Shown: positions 58,150-62,000 of the stretch, in pieces | Numbering within the stretch: position 1 is the first letter of the stretch | How the letters are laid out: the number at the start of each line of letters is the position of its first letter | Assembly (NCBI GenBank): GCA_013239625.1 | Contig: MU053376.1 | Span: forward strand, 1,846,507 to 1,908,506 | Length of the DNA: 62,000 nucleotides | Source of the DNA: Lama guanicoe | Lineage: Eukaryota | Direction: 5' to 3' | Notes under the pieces: generated by a model | Database searches by the model: none | What the model saw: only the letters and a program-made list of their open reading frames with translations | Told to the model about the DNA's origin: nothing | Translations under genes and position numbers: made by a program

Positions 58150-58460
58150 CAGCCTCCTGAACTTAATCTGCTCATTTCTGCCTTCTCACCTTTGCTCTAA
58201 TAATCACAGCCCTCCTCCCTCTATCAGCCTTACATCCTCCCCAGTTCAAGGCCTGAAAACTAATGCAGGCCCACCCTGGTTTATACTGATCGCCTCTCTG
58301 AGTGTGGTCTGGGGCCATTATTTTGACACTTAGCACGCACAATCAGATACACTTGAGTACCTTAGCATTTAGTTCCCCCTTTTTCCAATTGGATTATAAG
58401 CTCCTTGAGAGCAAGACAATGTCTTATATTTTCTTGTGTGTGCCAATGATTTGTTGAGGG
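58150..58460 (+). mobile_element. Degenerate L2 3' region
   Basis: ttggattataagctccttgagagcaagacaatgtctt...gatttgttga. Confidence 0.55.
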
Positions 58461-59838
58461 ACAGATCAGACCTTTGTACAGAGATGGTGTGAGACAAACA
58501 TTTGCTGGATTTGTTGGCCGGTTATTGTGGTCCTTGGAACTTGACTTCCACTTTGCCTTTAGCAGTGAATCAGGGGCATCAGACTAGGTGACATTTCCCA
58601 GAGGAGCTGTTGGTCATCTCATTCCAAATCTTTAGTTTGTAGTACAAGTTAATTCTAGACTTTGTACCTCAGAAATTCTGTTTCTTAAACGTCTCGGGCA
58701 AGGCCTAGGAGTGAAAATTACTACTTTGGCATTTGACGTGGCAGTTTGGGAGCCTTTTGTCTTTGACTTTCTATTAAGTCACTTGAAAGAACCCAGGCGG
58801 CCTGCCAAGAGCAATCCCAATGATTAAAGTTCATTGAGATATTCTTGTTCCCACTCTCCCGCCTCATTGGCTTCATGAGGTGGCTTTCTGTGTCTTCACT
58901 TGGGGGCTGGAAAGTTAATGAATGGATGTCCTTTGGAAATTCTTAAGGCCCTTTTTCTCCTCCTCTTTCGCCCTGATTGATTTCTCTTTGTCTCCAAAGC
59001 TGCATGCATTGTTTTTAGGTAATGTGGGGTTAATGCAAGGGGAGGAAAGGTTCTTTCTTTCATAACTTTGGGACAATCTGCTGCACGGGGCAGACAGTTT
59101 CAAAGACAGTAAAACTTAAAGTTTGGCAGAGAGAACTGTGGTAAAAGGAAAGCCAGAGAGGCCAGCACTCCAGTTGCCACCATCACCACCCTCTTCCTCC
59201 CAGCAAGATAATGGTCTTACCCTTGAACCCAGTGATCTCTCTTACCTGTCCAGTTTGCTCCCTACTGTATTGGGAGAGAGAGTTTGTAATCCCTAGCTTT
59301 GGGATCACTGTCGCTAAAGTATGTATTATTACGAACGATTTGTGTCAGTATGTGTAGGGGTTTTCCACTCATGGACTTCTCCTACTCATTTTGACCTCTG
59401 TACCATTCCGCCTGGATTGCTCACTAATGCTCACTCCATCTCTGAATTGAGAAGGCCTAGGAATCCAGCCAGCAGACCTCCTCCACTCTGATCTTCCTTC
59501 TGCTCTGTTTTTATCATGATACAAGCCGTCACCAGCTCCATTTCTGGCCTCTTGAAATCCAAACTACTCTGTTAGCCTTTGGAGCTGCTCCTCCCTAGAC
59601 ACCCTTATCTCTGAACCGGCCCTCATGTCCCCCTTTGTTCTGGCCAGACCACCCTCCTCACAACCTCACAAAGAGGCCACCATGCCCAGATATTCCCATC
59701 CCTTGGCTTACGTTTCCTCTTCGTCTGAAATACTGTCTCCTCCCCCTTCCATTTACTGAAAATTTACCAAAATCCTCAGAGTACTAGTCCAAACTTCTCT
59801 TTCCTCCTGTGTTCTCTTTCTTTTTATCCTCCCCTTCT

Positions 59839-59965
59839 TTCCTTCCTTCCTTCCATCCTTCCTTCCTTCCACAAATTTGGAAGCCTACTATATGCCAGGT
59901 ATTGTTCTGGGTCTAGGAGTATGTTGGTGAACCAAACAATTTCTTCCTCTCAAGGAGTTTAGTCT
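59839..59965 (-). mobile_element. L2 3' end with a (TTCC)n tail-derived repeat
   Basis: (ttcc)n at 59839-59870, then acaaatttggaagcctactatatgccaggtattgttctggg...ctctcaaggagtttagtct. Confidence 0.75.
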
Positions 59966-60249
59966 TTCTCAAGAAGCCTTACTTTAATAATGTTAGTCCC
60001 ATTGCGCTGAGTCTTTAAGACTTTTACTTGTATTTATTCTGAATTTCATGTACTTACAGTATATAATAACTTAAACATTTTATATAATATTGAATTATGT
60101 ATCTTGCATAATTATGGAAATAAATTATGGAAATAATTATATATTTTTTGAAAATGTATTATATATTTTGATCACGTTTTCACAAGATTGTAAGTTCCCT
60201 GAGAACAGGGACCTTCATGCTTCTGAATTCTTCAGAATCCCCCACTTTA

Positions 60250-60612
60250 TCCTCTAGGATTTCCTTGTTTGCAAGGGACCAAAAACCCAATGCAAACTAT
60301 TTTAAACAGAAGCTGAATGAGCTAGTTTGTGTGACGGAAAGGGCCAGGAATAGAACCGGCATCTAGCCATGACTTAATCAGGGGCTCAAGTTTCCTTTTC
60401 CTATCTCTCAGTTCCACTTCCTCCAGGTCGGCCTTCCACTTGCGGTGGCAAGATGGTGGCACCGTCTTGGTCTTGGACTGCTGTTGTCATCAGGTCTTGT
60501 AGCTCCCAAGCAAGATGGGGAGGTCAGAGGTGGAATCTGCTTTATCAAAAGCACATGGACTGAGAGTTGGGGAGAATATGGATACAAGGAAGGCAAAACA
60601 ATAAGTATGTCA
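60250..60612 (-). mobile_element. MaLR LTR (MLT1K/L-like)
   Basis: gtttgcaagggaccaaaaacccaatgcaaact...caggggctcaag...ggtggcaagatggtggc. Confidence 0.65.
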
Positions 60613-60999
60613 CATCCACATATTCTGGAAGCTTGGTAACTATTTGTTGGTTGTTGTTTGGATTAACTCATGCCTGTTTCTATGTTGTATTCAGTAGGGT
60701 AAAGTGATGAGGGAAAAAGGCCATCAGTCACACTCATTGAGGGAGATTATTTGCTGTTTTCTGATTTAGTAAGGGTAGTTTGATGGCCTTTTCTTGGCAT
60801 CCTGACTACTCAGGGATGAATAGTAATGTCAGTCACTGAAAGATGACTTCAGTGGATTGAGGTGTAGCAAGTGAAATGAGATGAAATGTGTCTGCCTTCT
60901 CTCTGCTCTCACTGTGTGCCTGCCTCGTTTATTTATATTATTATTTCACCTTGTTTGCTATAGGCTTTTTACTTCTTTCTTCCTGACTACTCTGCTGAC

Positions 61000-61080
61000 T
61001 TTGACGGAGGACTTCTGTCTTTGTACTTCCAGAGCACCTGGAAGGTGCTCAAATAAATATTTGCAATAAGAGTAAGTAAG
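61000..61080 (+). mobile_element. L2 tail
   Basis: tttgtacttccagagcacctggaaggtgctcaaataaatatttg. Confidence 0.6.
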
Positions 61081-61087
61081 AACGAAC

Positions 61088-61210
61088 TTTGGCGTAGGAA
61101 CCCAGTGACCTGGCTTCCAGGCCCTAGATCTGCAGGTAAATAGCTGTGTGAGCTCCAGCAATTCCCTTCCCTTCCCCGGTTTTGGTTCTCACATCTGTCT
61201 ACTAAAAAAT
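61088..61210 (+). mobile_element. MIR fragment
   Basis: gacctggcttccaggccc...tagctgtgtgagctccagcaattcccttccctt...tctcacatctgt. Confidence 0.6.
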
Positions 61211-62000
61211 TTCAAATGCCCTCCTGTTACTGTGTTTGTAGAAATTAAACCTGCAGGTAAAGAGCAAGACTTGGCAAAGCATTCCAGCATTTTGTCTCCG
61301 GGGGAACAGTTTTGAGAGGAGCTGATTACTGTTGTGATAAGAGGTCTTGGTAAGAGATACGGAGGGGAGAGGCTGGTGAAAGCCTCAATTGTCTTCTTAT
61401 GTAACACTTGCTGGAAAGGTACTAGGAATTACTATCCCTGAGATGGCTGAGGTGACATCATGTGTTTGTGAAAGGCAAAAAGCAGGTGAGGCAGATTTTG
61501 TGCAAAAAAAGACTGGCAGTCAGGCCCAGCTCCCCGTGGGGGACACGGGCTGATCTCATGCTTCAAGGGCTCTGAACAGACCCTGTGGGAGTGGCAGTGC
61601 TGGTCCGCCAGCTGCCAGCACATCAAGGAGAAGGGAAGGACGTGCCTGTGTCCCTCTCCTGGAAGATAGCATCTTTCTCCCGGTCTGCCTTCCCACCCTC
61701 ATTTTCTCCTCAGAAATGTGGGATTCATAGGAGGGGGTTCTGTATGCCTTAATCAGATGAATTTTGAAAGAAAAAGAAAGAGGCTAATATGTTTGCATCA
61801 GAAGCACACAGAATCCTCAGGACTGCTGACGGGTGAATTCCCTGGCTGTTGTCTGAAGTGAGGACAGTTTTCAGAGGACTGCGTCACCTGCATTGGCAGG
61901 TGTTAGATAATTTAGAGTCTACGTGATTGTCGCGGTGGCAGGGCCCTGATTGTTATTGTTATGATTGGCATCCTATTAGGTCTGGTTTTTCTTTGAATTT

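Noticed and set aside
61032..61050. 8-bp hairpin GAGCACCT-GGA-AGGTGCTC
   Set aside because: Stems this short are expected by chance in 62 kb, and it lies in an L2 tail.
1..62000. Host gene identity, miRNA/snoRNA genes, CRISPR or prokaryote-like systems
   Set aside because: I recognised no known exon, mature miRNA, snoRNA or repeat-spacer array. Young L1 orientation (4 minus, 3 plus) is too balanced to fix the transcription direction.

Overview
Mammalian genomic DNA with no protein-coding gene, RNA gene or CRISPR array that I can recognise. It reads like part of one very long intron or an intergenic region. Two tRNA-derived SINEs and several young 5'-truncated LINE-1 3' ends resemble camelid (camel/alpaca) repeat families; this is from memory, not a database search. 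The supportable content is layered transposon debris: young L1s with readable target-site duplications, old L1M fragments, many L2 and MIR copies, one L3/CR1, hAT elements (MER58A, MER103C-like) and MaLR/ERVL LTRs. Between these are TE-poor unique blocks with enhancer-like motif clusters. Every ORF in the track is TE-derived or looks like chance. I found no convincing new biological system. The best second-look items are: a close inverted L1 pair (possible dsRNA/ADAR substrate), long perfect palindromes inside old TEs, a SINE with a duplicated A-box, L1 tails with possible micro-transductions, an 8-tract G-quadruplex, a bZIP motif cluster, an RFX X-box, and a few candidate small exons and recursive splice sites on the + strand. 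Boundaries of old repeats are approximate and subfamily names are tentative.
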